Shown here: piece by piece, positions 48,101 through 62,100 of the stretch
Layout of the letters: the number at the start of each line of letters is the position of its first letter
Numbering within the stretch: position 1 is the stretch's first letter
Origin: Lingula anatina
Lineage: Eukaryota; Animalia; Brachiopoda
NCBI GenBank assembly: GCA_051362555.1
Contig: CM120642.1
Coordinates: 26,970,001-27,034,000 of the forward strand
Length of the DNA stretch: 64,000 nucleotides
Reading direction: 5' to 3'
Position numbers and translations under genes: made by a program
Notes under the pieces: generated by a model
Database searches by the model: none
Told to the model about the DNA's origin: nothing
The model's input: the letters and a program-made list of their open reading frames with translations, nothing else

Positions 48101-50824
48101 AAGACTCTGATTTAGACTTTCATCAAGTGAGATCTTAATATGTGTTTTTGTTATCACTGTCAAAATAAGCTTGCTTAAATATTTATCTGGCTATAAGTGA
48201 ATGTACTGGGTAATGTTTTGTGGTCTTTGGGAATGTTGGGATCAGTGAGCCTGATTTATAAGGAAGCAGTAAAAGTTAACTAAATAGGAGTCATATTTTC
48301 AAGTATTTGCACGTGGAAAACCATAGAGAATACAACCTAGATTTTTTTAAATTAATTATTGCATTAAATATCCATACTTCAATTTGCAGATCGAGCCTGG
48401 TGCTACCATTTACTACTCTCTGACAGTGGCCTTTGTTTTAAAGACTTCATTTGTGTCACAAATATAGTAATTCTCTTTTGATGTTAACACAGCCCCTTAT
48501 TTCCTTTTTTATAGAAGGAAAAAATTCTTGAAGTTGCAATGCTTATCAAAGGAGTAGGGAACACTTTTTTCAAGAACAAAGAATTTGATAAAGCAAAAAT
48601 GAAATATATGAAGGCTTTAAGGTGAGTATTGTTATTATTATTATTATTATTATTTTTTTTTTTTGCAAGACCAGGAATTTGAAAAGCACATCTATCTGTT
48701 CAGTTGTTTAAAACTTATTTCAAAGTTAATTACAAAATTCACTCTCCACTCTGTTGTAGGATTTACTGATCTGCGGATCAAATATGGTGGTCCACATGAC
48801 TGCAGAACCGACTAATCCACTGATGGTCTCCCCGTTGCCATACGCGCCACTGAATGGATTAAATCACAGCTCTGAAGTTTAATTGCTAGACCCCTGCAGG
48901 GACAGCGCATGTGGAGGCAGGGAGACCATCAGGGGATTAGTTGGCTCTGCTTTCATGTGGGGACCGCCATATTCAATCTGGGGATCAGTAAATCTGATAA
49001 TCATCTGTTGTGAATAACCTCCCAGATATTTGCTGATTTAACATTTACTAGTAGCCCATGAGTCACAAGCTGAGGTTTACACTTTCACTTATCAGGATCT
49101 ACAGCATTTTTATCTCTAGGGAAAAAAAGATCTTTGAGAACAATTAATGCAGAAGAAAACGATTAAAGAGAAATAAGTTCTAACAATTGAGGAATCCCTG
49201 AAGTATGAGTAATTATGCCTTTGGATAAGTTATAATCTGCTATTTGCTTTGATTTCTGTAATTTTCAGATACCTGAAGAAAATGGATGAAACTTTGCAGT
49301 TTTGTGGCGAGGAAGAAATTGAGGTAGAAAACAAAGCAATGTTGCCTGTAATTCTCAATATGTAAGTAAAAGTCACAAAATGATTGATACATTTGTGACT
49401 ACAAAATATTTTAAAGACTGTTTGAAATGTATCAGAGTGCCAAACATTTGTTTGATAGTCATTTTATTAATGTGAGCCTGGAAAATCTACTTATATTGAA
49501 AAAATTTGAGAGAATGACATAGGACGGGCTATAACTTGTGAGAGAATTGGTCACATGTATCTCATTGAATGATAATTCACATGCGATTGGTAATCATTAA
49601 AATAATAGATTTGATAATGCTAATCAGTTTTATAAACATTACACTTGTTTCCTGAAAGCATGGTCATAATTATAACAACAGTGGTTGCAAAATATTCACT
49701 TGACTGTGTGCTGGGTACCTGTAGATTTTAGGGGTTAAATAATCACTCTAACAAATAATAACATCTCTAAATAGTCAATACTTAATATTTAACTTCACCA
49801 TTATAATTATTATTTTCATAATTATCATTATTATTCTGTCAAATGCTCTGTGATTTAACTAGTTGCAATTGCATTTTTCAGAGCTGCGTCTTGTCTTAAG
49901 CTCCAGGACTACGAGATTAGTCTGACTCACTGCAATGAAGCTTTGGATATCGACCATAAGAACACTAAAGCACTCTTCAGAAGAGGCCAGGCACAGTCAG
50001 GTCTGAAAAATTGGGATGAAGCATTGGTATGTTAACGTGGATGATATTATATTTCATAATATTGTCTAGATTTATATTGAATCTTTATAATGTTTTAATT
50101 CACCTTTTTGGCTGAGGATGGTGGGGTGAGTGTTTGAGGGAATGGTAAGGGGCAGATTTTGTATCTATTTGTGTCCTTTGAATTAGTGATGGTTTGTAGA
50201 AATGAACATATAAAGTCTGCATGACTTAAATGTAAGTTTGTATTTAAAATAGAATCCATTTAAAAAGAAGTAGTGGTTCTCATTTGAAGGCAGTGTAAAA
50301 GAAAAAAAATTAATCCAACATCACTGAAGAGAAAATAATTTTCAGGAATAATCGAACTTTGTCCTTGTAAAACTGGGTTGTTAAGCAAATCAGGTGTTTT
50401 ATGAGAAGTTGTACTTCAAATTGTGCAACTGCATGACTACTGAGAAATGTCTTTTCTTCTTTCACAGAAGGATCTCAACACTGCCCTGCAGCAGGAACCA
50501 CAAGATAAAGGTACTTCACTGCCAATATTCTAACACAGTATCAGCTGTATTGCATTGGAATTAGGTGAAAGCATAAAAGAGTAAATTTAACATAGTTATG
50601 GTGAGAAATTGGACTGTCAACTCACCAACAGTGTTATTGTAAAAGATTAATGTTGTGTTCATGTTCAAGTATGGACATTTTCCATCTTTGATAAATATAA
50701 CATTAGTAATTGGTATCAATCCTTTTTTTCAGGCATAATACAAGAGATCAACAAAGTGAAGAATGTCAAAAAAGCAAATGCAGAAAAGGAAAAGCAAATG
50801 TACAAAAAGATGTTTGCATCTTAA
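45107..50824 (+). CDS. PPID: Peptidyl-prolyl isomerase D (cyclophilin 40), 10 coding exons
   Basis: [11 protein letters not shown]; [28 protein letters not shown]; [21 protein letters not shown]; [29 protein letters not shown] (His where cyclophilin A has Trp); TPR region [13 protein letters not shown]...KALFRRGQA; C-terminus YKKMFAS. Confidence 0.97.
45338..45352. promoter_or_regulatory. Perfect three-unit heat-shock element in PPID intron 1
   Basis: aTTCtaGAAgtTTCt matches nTTCnnGAAnnTTCn. An E-box palindrome CCACGTGG lies next to it at 45328-45335. Confidence 0.6.
46672..46881. mobile_element. Degraded 5-bp-TSD MITE in a PPID intron
   Basis: Ends TTGGCCTGTAGC / GCCTAAGGGCCTG, with AATAT at 46667-46671 and 46882-46886. 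Confidence 0.55.
48760..48994. mobile_element. Old foldback/MITE with ~90-bp imperfect inverted arms
   Basis: GATTTACTGATC...CTAATCCACTGATGGTCTCCC is mirrored by GGGAGACCATCAGGGGATTAG...GATCAGTAAATC. Confidence 0.8.
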
Positions 50825-50929
50825 TGCCAGTAGATAATTACCAGATATTAACATTCTTTAAGGGTTGTATAGAAATTGTTGCATTCCTCTCACTATCACT
50901 GCAAGATTGAGATTGGAGACAGACCATCG

Positions 50930-51101
50930 CCAGTGTGACAGGAATGGCAGTCCTAGGAACTGAAGTCCGAGGTCCCATGTGATTAGTACAGATTAGAGTT
51001 AGTTGGAGTATCAGGGTCAGTATTTGGGACGGATGTCACTTGCACAAAGTAATGGAGTACCGACTCCGGTTCCCAGCGGAATACCATTCCTGTCATACTG
51101 G
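50930..51101. mobile_element. Inverted-repeat MITE in the PPID 3' UTR
   Basis: CCAGTGTGACAGGAATGG... / ...CCATTCCTGTCATACTGG imperfect arms of about 45 bp. Confidence 0.7.
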
Positions 51102-51579
51102 ACTCTCACAACTGCACAAATTTTGTTAAAGTTAAGACTAAAGAATGCATTTTGCAAGAGACAAGAGGATATTTAATGGCCTGCGTCCAATGGGGAATAC
51201 CTCAGTAACAACCCCAGAGAGATTGTGGGATTTGGTAGAAAGTAGGCTCCAAGTCATGGCAGATAGTCCTACACTTTTCGAAGTGAAAGTGGATATTCTG
51301 AAATGAAGACTTCTTTATTATTGTAAAAGGGGTGATCAGCTCTTGTCTTCAAATTCTGCATATCAAATGAAGTGTTTCAAGGCTAGGCTTTATATATTTT
51401 GCCAGGGCCCCTAATTGTTATTTAACTATGGAATATTTAAAAAAGAAACATAGGTTTATTGCCTATAAGTTGTACTACATGGCAGGTGTTCAATTTTTTC
51501 TTCTTTCCTTGCTAAGGTGACAATTATAGAAGCCAGTGTCTAACTGGTCTCAAGACAGAGACCGAACTGGAAAGATTAA

Positions 51580-51918
51580 AGGGATAATAACTCTTCATTT
51601 TGGCCAAAAAATGAATTTTCCTGGAGTAAACAACAATTTTCCCATACTTACCAATGGTTAATGAATCCATTTTTACATTCAAAGTTTGTCCCTATTTTTT
51701 TTTCTAAAAAGTTTGGTTTTTTGTTAAAATCTCTTAAGAGATTATAACAGAGTATAGCCATCAGTGGAGGTCACGTGATCTGAAGACAAGCTCAGATGTC
51801 AGAATAATAGCTATAACTGCTGTTTTTGTTGTAAAACAGAATATATTTATATTTCTGTGAGTTATTCACAATGTTTTTATTGTGAAATATAGACCTCATA
51901 CGAAGAGTTATTATCCCT
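51580..51918. mobile_element. Kolobok-like non-autonomous element
   Basis: 17-bp perfect TIR AGGGATAATAACTCTTC / GAAGAGTTATTATCCCT, with TTAA on both sides (51576-51579 and 51919-51922). Confidence 0.85.
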
Positions 51919-53975
51919 TTAACATTTAAAGTACATGTACCATTTCGTGAAAACAGAAACATGGTCTGTGTATGGCTTGTAATCTCTGTATTTGGTAACT
52001 GTGTTTTGTGTTAGTGTTGGAGCATGATTTGACTGCTACGATAGGATATTTCAGTAACTTGAAATTGAATGTTTTTATTTGTCTGAAAAAAATTCTAATT
52101 TTGTAAAGCTATTGCTTTAAGGCTTGAAGAGCATTGTTTATTTTTATTATACAATTAACAAAATATTAAGAATTATTTGATGCTGAGAAATTGTACCCAT
52201 GTCATGAACAACATGCTCTTTGGATGTTAAATCTTTGATAACTTCAATACATATTATTCAAGTATCTTCTGACCTATTCAAATTGAAATTAAAAGAAATT
52301 CCAACAATTGTTCAGAGAATGAAAAGTTTTTTTTTCCAAGTGAAGTATTCTTTTCTTTTCATTTGAAATACAAAGACAGTAAATATAATGTTAACAATTG
52401 TCTTGTTTTTATCAATTTTTTTTCAATAAAAAGGCAAAAAATGTTTTTATTTTCATCATTGGGGATGTATGTCAATTGAAAAAAAAAACACTGCAACTGG
52501 TTTCAAGATTGGAAGTAGATGAAATCTTGTCAAAGTGCACAATTTACAGTGCCAAAAGATTTTGAACAAGTGGATCACTTCTGCGCATCTCTACCAACTT
52601 GTTGAAAATAGTCCTCGAGTGACAATGGCAATAAATATGTATGGTTGTCTTGAAGGTGGTCTTGAGGTTGCAATGCAGTGGCTATTTACAGCTTTAATAT
52701 AACTTTCAATGTTTGTAAAAAATTATTAGATGGAAACAAATCAGTTGTTTAATGGTGCCTTTATTAACCATGGCATAACAACTAGCCCCATTTGGTCAGG
52801 AAAAATGTAAAAGAAGTTGAAACCCACAAAAATATAAGTTGAACCAAAAAGCCCCAAAATACCAAACCAATCACTTGAAATATAAATAAAAAAAATCTCA
52901 CTGCAAAAAAGTGAAATGCTTCAAACATTATTGCAGTTTTAAATTTCTATAAAAGTACACAAATATAAATAAGACCACATCACAAAGATCTTGTTGAGAC
53001 AAAGATGGCAGGTAAATTACGCTCCACAAAAAGGTGCATACATCTAGTAAAAAGTTCAATATAAAGCATCCTCACAATTGACAGCACGAATTATCAGACC
53101 TGGAATGTAATAATTTAAGTACTATATCACAGTGCCTCTCCTTTACCTTATTGTAATCATATATTGTTATTATTATTATATATATTGCTACATTTAACAC
53201 AGAACATAGACATGTTATAGGATTGCAATCAGCAGTTTGGCAAAAATAATCATTACCTTTGTATTACTTGCAGTTGAGTAAAGCTTTATACCTTGCATTT
53301 TGTCAGATAAATCTTGTTACAATTGTGCTTATTCTTTAAAACATCCAAATTGTACTTTGCTATTAAAACTACAGTTCTTTGTTAACCATCCCATTTCAAT
53401 AAATAATTTGAATGGCAAAAAATGTATAAATAAAACACTGAGAGTTTAACCCACAATAATGAAAAAGAAATCACAGATTACATTTATCTACATAAACATC
53501 TTGATTAAATACACAGAAAAGTAACCATCAGCCCAATACATGTAGTACTACCAAATTATCACCTAAAAGGAATCAAAAGTTTAGATCACTCCATCACATA
53601 CAATATATATCATATTTGTACCTGCCTAGTTCGTAGGGAAGTATCATTATTGTTTAAAGAATTATGAATAAAATGTGTGTCAGATTAGTTTTTAATTGTC
53701 AGAACTACATAATGCTCTCAGTCAGTGCTTGAATGATTCCACTTATCACAGTTGCATGTCTAAAATTCAGTATTGTGGAATTAGTATTATTATAACCCAA
53801 GCTAAAATATTTACACCAATTCAAGATTGCATAACATTTTGATCCCCCCCCCCCTCCAAAAAAAAATAATAAAAATAAAAAAATTCATATCAAGGGAGTA
53901 TGGTCAAAGAGAGTAAAAAGAAACCAAGACGCATAAATGAGTATCTTGCAAAAAGATCTTCAATAGAAAAAAGAA

Positions 53976-56900
53976 TCAATGATGGTGTGCTTTCTCAATA
54001 ACTTTTCTAAGCTTTTCTCTGTATTCCAACATGGCTGCCACATCCTTGGTCTCCAGCAGGTCTGCCATCGAAACGCGAGGATAGCCACTGAGGTCCAGCT
54101 CCTGATCACCACTACTGGACTGCATGTGCTTGGCCATCTGAACAGCAAAATAACAAGACTGACCCATATTGCTGACCACTGGAAATAGCTGACAGAACCA
54201 GAGATTTAACGCTTTGGGATTTTTCTCAAAGAGATCTCCTGGCTGTTTTAGTTTGTAAAATTCACAAGCTCGTTTCAGATCTTGGCCAAGAAAGGTTATT
54301 TGACCTGCAGATTCACGATTAGCTGCTCGTTTTTTGATGTTATCATTGGTCCCATAAACTACTGTCGCGTAACATGTGCTGCCATTGTGTACCACGGGGA
54401 TGGTATGCAAGAACGTGTTAGCAGGGATGTCAAAAGACAGCTCTTCTGATTGGTCATCATCGAAGAAACAGTTGCTTATAATGCAATTTGCACCAATCTT
54501 GACAGGGATTTTGAAATGGCTGTATTCCACAACTGCACTGGCAGCAACCGTCGACTGACTGGGGAGACAGCTATGCATGACACAACCAGCAATGGCGGAC
54601 TCGAGTTTGGGCATCTTGGCAAGCCTTGCATTGTGCTGTGAGAAATGACTGAAAGCATCTCTGCTTAATCCCAACTCCTGAGAAAAGCTCTGGCTGTGGC
54701 AAAGATTGTCAATGTACTCGTGCGTGGTACCAACATGATAGAACTTGGACTCATTGAACACAACAAGGTTCAGCTGCGTGCCTTTGAGAAGACTGAACAT
54801 CTGTTCACGAGTTTTCAGCAGAGCAGGCTCCATATGGCTCACATTGGAGGTGTTGTGGATGTACTCCCCGGTGGCTCTGGGACCCAACGGCTGAAGAAAA
54901 TCCCCGTAAGCACAGATCTCACACTGAATGGGCCCATTATCTTCATACCACTTCAACAGCTTCTGTGTTAAAGTATGGTCAAAGTAAAACATGCTGTCTG
55001 AGTAAACATAAGGGTCCTCTGCCTTTGAGTTGGCATCTTTTTTGTTCTCAATGACCGCTCCCTTGTCGTACATCAACTTTACGGATGGTTTTTGCAACAC
55101 CTCCAAACACAGCGCCTCTTCAACTTTCTTCTTTCCCATCTTCTTTGGCTCCTCCAGTACATAGACACCATGCCCTGTTCCTATCTCAAGTGAACTGGGG
55201 TGAGCAAATGCAGTGAAGCCAGGTTTGTTGATGGCCCAGTCCGACTCCTCGCCATCGTTGAACAACTCCAGGGTGTCCGAGGAGGTCAAGAGGACACCTG
55301 GTGACATCTTCTCAATGACAGGGAGATACATCGCCAATTTGAGCTCCAACAGTTGGTACATAGGATCCCCCAATGGCAGAGCTGAAAATATTTTCCCGAG
55401 AACACTAGCACTTGGCAACCTCTGGCTCTGCCCTCCTGCATGAATCATGAGGATCTTCTTGTCAAAAAGGTCCTGGTTGTAGATTTTGTGTAGTTCTGAT
55501 AGAGCTGTAAAGGTGGAGCCACCACTGCCTGAAATATTAATTCCTCAACATTAATTACCCATATTAATATGCAACAGGTGTTAATTATACTACTGTACCT
55601 CTCAAAATGCTCAGGCTATCTCACTTTTAAATCTCACTTTTTACTGATAAAACTACAAAAGCACACATGTAAATTACTGACAAGGCACAATCTTAAATAA
55701 TTCAGGTAATACTGAATTGAAATTTCTGGTAAGATTGGAATGCTATATAATTTTCTGATATGAAAGAAAACTTTAAGAGTAAATAGGATTAGAAATACTT
55801 CTTAAAATTTTCACGGGTAATATAGACCAGCATATCTCAGCAGTGTTGACTACCTATGCAGTTACGCATATTCTGTGTATTATTTAGGTTCAATTCTAAT
55901 TGTATATGTATAGGTGCTACTATGTTGTTAACAATATTTTAGACAACAGACCAACACAAATAATTACGACAAATATATTGTTGGAAGTTCAGTCATGATA
56001 GTTAGGGTTTGGTTTTAAATCTATACTGGCCAAAATATTTTATTTTGAAAAATACTATCTAATCTTTGCAAGATGTATTTGAACTATTCTTCACAAGAAC
56101 CATGCTTAATCTTTTTTATAGGGAGCATTTATACATAGTTTACCCCCCCCCCCCCCCCAGAAAATTTTTTAATTTAATCTGTTTTTTCCAGAATATGAAA
56201 ATAGATAAAAATTTCCAGATACTCTCTCAACTTCAGGATATAACGATTATTATGGCAAAATTGAAGTATCTCTGCAGTCCAATTATATATAGATTCAATG
56301 TAGTCCCATATAGTCCCAGATAAATATATCTAGCCTGGGGCTAACATTAAGCGTGTGATATTTGCCTACAGCAGATTATAGATAGCATATTAGATATATA
56401 GTATTCTTTTTTGTCAAATGTGGATGTAAAAGTTTAATGCTCATCATCTATCAATACCATCATCTACCATAGCTGAATTTGAATAATTATACATCAATGG
56501 AGTAATTTTATCTGGAAATATACAGTTGTGACATGGTCTGAAGATAGTTAGATACTTCAGTGCAGAAAGTAAAAGACCATACATTTCCAAGTGGTCATTT
56601 TCTACTCAGTAATTTTCCTCCATACATTGAAAACAAGAGCATGTGCCTATCCACCTCTCAATAATTAAGAGACCAGATCATTTGATAGTGACAAACAAAT
56701 AACATACCACAAAGGAAATGTCCTGTGATGTACAGTACTGAACTGATACTGTCAGTACTGGTTCACCTCTGAGATGAATAAAACGTTTTATTTGCCTTAG
56801 TTCACCATAAGAGCTTGACAATCTGGTAGGCTGGGTATTACATAAGAGTCACCCAAATGGAACTCCTGCACTCACACAACCGATTAATCAACTAAACTAT

Positions 56901-57081
56901 ACAGAAGGATGAGCAATAATGAAAGGGAGTAAAAACCCCCAAAGCATAATAATATGGGCATGTTAATTAAAGCATACATTACTTACATACATGCATAAGT
57001 TTTCTAAGACTTGATCATATTGTATGTAATGGATTACAGATCCATTATCAGAATTCGGTAATAAGTTTGGTACATTAATTA

Positions 57082-57119
<38 letters not shown>

Positions 57120-58120
57120 TTACACACCAAGTTTATATCCTGGTGGATCAGCATATACATGGTATGGAATGCCCTTTGGTATTTCATTTCGCTGCAGTTT
57201 TCCATACAGTTGAAGTTCATAGGCTTTTTTCTGCTCTTCATCAGCTGCTGTGATCACTACTATATCCCAGAATGCTATGCTAAACCCATCTTCTTTGCTC
57301 TGGCCTAAAGAGGTAAAAAGAAAAATAAGAATTTAACATACTACCCATTAAATTTATATTGAAACTTCAGTGTTTTAGCTGGGATCCTAATTTGTATCTT
57401 TAAAAAAACCTCTTTACACTAGATGGCATCCTTTCTGCGTCCTTTGTGGGAAGACCATGAAACTCGCATCACTGCTGTGGTCGTAGAAAGCAGGCACAAG
57501 CATATCGCTTTGGTTGCAGAATGAATGCTCAATGATTGGCCAGTTATTTTTGTCTGCACATAAAGATTTTTTTACTCTCAAATGGGGTCACACTACGGGA
57601 CCAGAAAGGACACTGTCCAGTGTAAAGGGTGTTTTATTAATATTAATCTAGAAATGGATCTTTGGGTCTGAATTACAGTACAGTATGTGTCAGTTAATCA
57701 AGAATTAAAGCTTTCTCAATTCCTCAAAATGATTAGATTAAATTAAAGCAATACTAAAACATAAACAATAAGATCATTATATTCTTAGTTTTATTTTTAA
57801 TTGAAACTTTTTTTTTTTTTGTAAAAATGGGTGTGTCACCATACATCCCAAGTATTCTTTTAAATATATAAATGTAAAATTAACTTTTTGTCTGCAAGGA
57901 TGACATTTTGTGTTCTGAGAAGTAAATTGACCATTCATTACAAGTACCCAAAATAGGAGTGCTAACACACGGATTTCAGCATGGAAGAGAAGAGTACATC
58001 ATCCGATCTTAATTTATCAAATTAAAAAAATATTTTTTTAAACTTACCTCTGATTTTTTCAAAGTCTTTCAGCACCCTCTTCATGCATGCAGAAATCCGG
58101 TCCGACAACGTTTCAGACAT
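53976..58120 (-). CDS. FPGT: Fucose-1-phosphate guanylyltransferase, 3 coding exons, ~600 aa
   Basis: Exons 58120-58048, 57304-57128 and 55528-53976 total 1803 nt in frame. Motifs [64 protein letters not shown] and [10 protein letters not shown]. Confidence 0.95.
57083..57117. repeat. (TG)n microsatellite beside the FPGT exon 2 donor
   Basis: Direct run. Confidence 0.97.
57409..57630. mobile_element. Degraded MITE in FPGT intron 1
   Basis: CTTTACACTAGATGGCATCCTTTCTG...TCC / GGACCAGAAAGGACACTGTCCAGTGTAAAG imperfect TIRs. Confidence 0.6.
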
Positions 58121-58298
58121 TGTATTTATTGCTTACTTTCATTAACGCCACAGCTGTACTACTGCCAGTGAAATGCCAAGCAGGCAGAGTTACAGGTACT
58201 GACAGGTCACGTCGAGGTGAGTTTCAATTTCTGGGTTATCGCGCGTGCGTATAAAGCACTTCCTCTATCAAGGTCAAGGCTGTCAGCCATGTTGACCG
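58121..58298. promoter_or_regulatory. Bidirectional FPGT/GHDC promoter with TATA box and GHDC leader exon(s)
   Basis: GCGCGTGCG followed by TATAAAG at 58250-58256. Plus-strand donors GAG|GTGAGT (~58217) and CCG|GTAAGT (58298/58299). The FPGT ATG is at 58120 on the minus strand. Confidence 0.6.
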
Positions 58299-59162
58299 GT
58301 AAGTGCATAGCCTGTCACGTTTAAATCGTTTTAAAGCTAATATTTTCTTAGTTATAACCCTTTCAAGCACTCAGTTGTTCGCGCTTTATTGTTGAATCCA
58401 AGTTATTATGATATTAGAAATGCGGACTTCCGCATTTTCGAACTGCGAAAATAATTGTCTAGGTTTGATGTTACCTAAGCAAAGAGCCTGAGACTGGCAA
58501 GAATTTGCCTCACATATTATATTAATGTCCATGATCTTACGTCGTTCCAGTACTCACATTTTAAGATGTTATTATAGTGTGTTATGAATGTGGATATGTA
58601 AGAAATTTTTAAAAAATGACCTGTCGGAAGACTTCCATTACGCGTAATTTTCGTGCTTTGAGACTTCAGTTGATCTAGTGGCTTGTCTTAATGACCGTTT
58701 AAACAGACATGGGGAAACTGCTGGTCCAACTGGTTATGACTGCCTGAAAAGCCAAAGGTCTTGCATGATTTTTGTCAATGCAGGTCCTCTGGACTGGTAA
58801 TTTGGGCAAGGAAACACAATACATAACAATGAATCGTACCTAAATATTGTGAAAGAGACCTGCAAAGAATTAGAAGGACCTGCTGATTTTTTTGTAGTGT
58901 AGGTCCTCTGGACCTTCAGTACCCCCAAAGTTCTCCCCATGTCTGAGCTTTTCATAAATAACCAGACATACTTATTAAGGCAGAAATACCTAATGATGCA
59001 TCCCAAATCAGTTATTTGAATAGTAATAATAACCAGTGATTTTGCTTAATGTTGAACACAGTCTTCAGTAATTTGAATACCTTTAAGAAAACATTGTATT
59101 TTTTTTAGATATCATATTTTTATTCTTTCATTTTCTTAGAAGTTTGACAGTAGCTTTTCAAG

Positions 59163-62100
59163 ATGAGTTATGACGGAAGGGTAGTGAAATACCTAACATC
59201 TAAAGACTATGCTCTGAAAAGAGATGAGGTCATCAATGCAAGATGGATCTTTAGGAAATCCCTTAGAGGTAAAACTTAAATCAGAAATGATTTATCTAAT
59301 TTATTTCTACTGTGTATCTTTCCTGTTAAGTGCAGAATTTAAATAAATTCCATCACAAAAATGCCAAAACAATTGAACTAGTGCGTGTGGACAGGAGGAG
59401 TTTGGAATATATTCTAAAGAAGGTGTGCTTAAAAAACTTCAAATTATTCTGACCCAAAATATACAAATATTTTCTGTACTTCGAAGCTATTTGATTACTG
59501 TTTGTCACTAAATTTTCCGATTTACTTAACATCGTTTAAGACCACTTTTCTTACTTTGACTTAAACCAAGTAGATTTTTTTGTAAACGCACATTCACCTA
59601 TTTTCACCTGTTTTATAATGAAGTGTGGGCTGGAGTATGTAAACCATTATTCGAAGATAATTTGTTAGATTCTACTGAGGTATTAACACAGATAAAAGTT
59701 AGCTTTAAGCCAAAAAAAAAAAAAAAAAAAACAAGCTAATTTTTGAAACCTATTTTGTCAAATGCTTAATAACATTTTTGACTAATGTTTTCAAAAATTC
59801 AAACTGCAATGGAATTTTTCAAATCTGTTAATATATATAATAATAATAAGTATCCATTTTTGTTTCAGTGGCTGGTGTTTTGACAGGAGCTTTTGTTGGC
59901 TGCATGGCCATAGACATGAACATCAAGTCAGCCAACAGTAATCACACCTTTGGCTCTCTTGTCAACCATTATTTTGCCACCACCATCTTAAAAGGGATTG
60001 GTCACTTTCAAGAGAAGAGGTTGCAGTATGACTGTTATAAAGCCACCAGTGTCCAAGAGAAAATCCTGCTGCAGCGTCTCAGAGCCAATGCTGCCACTGA
60101 TTATGGCAAGGATCACAAATTTTCGGAGATCAAGTCGGCAGAGATGTTTAGGAAAAGTCACCCACTGACCAGGTATGCCCACTTCCAGCCTTACATCACT
60201 CGGCTTCACCAAGGGGAACAAAATGTGCTGACCAAAGACTCTCCAGTCATCCTAGCAGTCACGTCAGGGACCTCGGGGCACAGCAAACTCATCCCCATGA
60301 TAAAGAAGCAGCAGACAAACTTTATGCTGCAGGGCGTGGCTGTATCGTATTCTGTAATGAGAGGGAAAGTCCCCAGCACAAGGAATTTGCAAAAAGATAT
60401 GAAGATTATGTTTACACCAAAGTGGCAGACCTCACCAGCTAATATACCCGTGGGCCCCAATTCTTCCTCCCCTACAACATCCAAGCACATGTTGGCCTTT
60501 TACAGCACACCTAAGGCAGGCTTTGAAATTCCTACCGAACCAGAGGCTTTATATGTTCATTTACTGTTTGCTTTGAAAGACAAAAAATTAGGAATGATTG
60601 AAGCCAATTTTGCCTCACTTGTCCATACCGCTTTTGTGGCACTAGAGTTGAACTGGAGACAACTAATAGATGACATAGAATACGGCCGCGTGAACCCAGA
60701 TCTCAACATAAGCGAAGATATCAGGGAGAAGCTAAACAGTTTGATGGAACCGGACACGGCAAGGGCTCGTATGCTAAAGAAAGAATTTGAGAAAGGGTTT
60801 GATAGGATAGCCAAACGAATATGGCCCCTCTTGAAGATTGTTGTGTGTGTTGACACAGGTACATTTGAACTTTATGGAAAGGAGCTTAGACAGAAGTACT
60901 GCAATGGTGTCTGTTTGTACTCTCCATTGTATGCAGCCACAGAGGGGCTGCTAGGTAAATATGACTTTGTTGTGTTTTAAAATGACTGTCTTTAACACTT
61001 GAAGCACCTAATATTCATGCCAGCCCTATGAAAGTGAAATCATGATTGATAGTTTTCATTAAGATGTATGTGTTATGAATGACCTTTGCACAAAATGTTA
61101 GGGCTGCATTGGTGGTGTGAAAATTAACTTCTGCAACTCCTTATGAAGAAAAAGTTTGAAAAGAAAGTAAATTTCATGTTTTTTTTTTTAAATGTGAAAA
61201 TAAATTGATACTAGATATAAATATTTATGTTAATTTTTTTTTTTTTTTTCACAGGAGTAAATTGTGACCCTTGGAACAAGAACCGCACGTATCTTCTGCA
61301 TCCCAGGTCAATGTTTTATGAATTCATCCCTATAGCTGACACAGACAAAGAACAACCAGAAACGCTATTAATGGGAGAGGTATGGTATTGGAATTAATGT
61401 TGTTGTCGCATATTTGCCAACTAAGATGCCTGAGAGAGACGTTTGCTTGATTAATTTTGAGGATAGACACAACAAGTTTACATGATGATAGATGTTTATT
61501 AAAAATAATTATAATTATGCAGTGTGCAGTTGAAAATTTCACTCTGGGCTATAATTTTAAGGATAGGAACAAAGTCAGAAATTTATCAAAATATATCTGT
61601 AAATATATTTAACTCTTATATCTAAACAGCTGGTCTCAACTTCCATACACATATTTTCAGTACACATTTGACATTATTTATTTTAGGTGGAGCAAGGAGG
61701 GGTGTATGAAATGGTCATTTCAACTGTGAGTGGACTGTGGCGATACAGGTTTGGTGATGTGGTCAAGATAGTGGATTTCAATGGCCAGTGTCCTATTGTG
61801 GAATTCATGTACAGGTAATTCAATTTCGTATCTATCTTGACATTAGTCACCAATCTTCAAGAAACTATTGGGAGATTTGGAGTGAGATGAGTAACAAATA
61901 AAAAGGATTTTCAAAGCCTTTATCTCAACTTTATTCCGCAAAAGACCCATTTTATTCATATTCTTTATTGGTTTTCTGCCCAAACTGTCTTTAGCCTTTT
62001 ATTCTTATATCCTGTGGTGCCGTCTAAGGGCAGTCTTTGTAATCCTCTCGTCTGACATATTCTTGACAATATGGCCTACCCACCATAATCTTCGAAGATC

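Noticed and set aside
53976-55448. Long 490-aa ORF as an intronless or horizontally acquired gene (likewise 59868-60980)
   Set aside because: Both are large exons of spliced FPGT and GHDC genes, which are normal animal genes.
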